From assembly GCF_000143415.4 (NCBI RefSeq), contig NW_003314263.1, positions 124,001 to 188,000 of the forward strand: a DNA stretch of 64,000 bases, in the 5' to 3' direction. This document shows positions 63,648 through 64,000 of the stretch, piece after piece. Position 1 is the stretch's first letter. Every line of letters starts with the position of its first letter. A program made the position numbers and the translations under genes. The notes beneath the pieces were generated by a model. The model had not been told where the DNA came from, did not search any database, and was given only the letters and a program-made list of their open reading frames with translations. This stretch comes from Selaginella moellendorffii. Taxonomy: Eukaryota > Plantae > Lycopodiophyta.

Positions 63648-64000
63648 ACAGTAAGCTATCATCCAGCGATATTGAGGGACTAGTCTCAATATGCGAGGGT
63701 TTTTGCTAAGCTAGTGCAAGACAGAGTAAAAGAGAACTAAGAGCCAGGCCGAGAATGCTTAGCTAAAAACACATAGGAGTTCCTACCTTATGTCCATTTG
63801 GCTAAGTACAGATGCTAAGCCCAGTAAACTAACACTTGGATAAAAGGGGCTATTGAAGGGAATCAGCAGTACTGACCTCCTGCCGTCATGGCAGTAAGGA
63901 AAGAGTGCCCGTAAGGACTGGTCGACAAGTATCTTTCGATACCCGAAGTCACATTTGCGACACACCGACATATCAACTCGTTACACTAGGCCATGCCCAT

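Larger units (their letters stand above)
54679..63962 (-). mobile_element. Ty3/gypsy chromovirus-type LTR retrotransposon (element D), decayed and rearranged
   Basis: TSD CACCG at 54674-54678 and 63963-63967. 5' LTR 61086-63962, interrupted by a solo LTR. PBS TGGTATCCGAGG on the minus strand (61072-61083). Domain order gag-PR-RT-RH-IN. Confidence 0.93.
33510..64000 (-). mobile_element. Second, diverged family A element (internal 33510-34061 + 54118-54471; LTR 54472-54678 + 63968 to window end), host of two large insertions
   Basis: The segments are colinear with ~11785-12930 once the insertions are removed. Reverse PBS GCTCTAATACCA precedes TGTAAG at 54472. Confidence 0.8.

Overview
Plant nuclear DNA, probably a lycophyte such as Selaginella (inferred from 47-57 nt introns and the PPR style). 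The window holds one host gene (a PLS/E-type PPR, 1121-3721) followed by a ~58 kb nest of transposable elements. The main feature is a 13.7 kb cut-and-paste DNA transposon with 24-bp TIRs, 4-bp TSDs and a Sola-like DDD transposase. It occurs as one complete copy (15030-28736), one expanded chimeric copy (34062-54113) and one right-end fragment (30252-32273). Besides the transposase, it carries a divergently oriented 11-exon gene that I could splice by hand into one ~1636-aa frame. That protein appears to contain a ParB/Srx-like domain, a degenerate beta-class amino-methyltransferase-like fold, acidic and Pro-rich linkers, and an FCP1/NIF-type HAD domain. The whole element carries ~30 copies of a 22-bp palindrome (consensus ATGGCRTGWGGCCWCAYGCCAT), concentrated in introns, UTRs and the divergent promoter. 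This is a candidate protein-plus-cis-site system, either ParB/parS-like or anti-silencing. The rest is a TRIM, a non-autonomous large-LTR family with GGACTC/CCATCTCGG arrays, a decayed Ty3/gypsy chromovirus with a doubly inverted 3' end, a gag-only insertion and solo LTRs, most with readable TSDs. All domain calls are by-eye motif matches, not database results.
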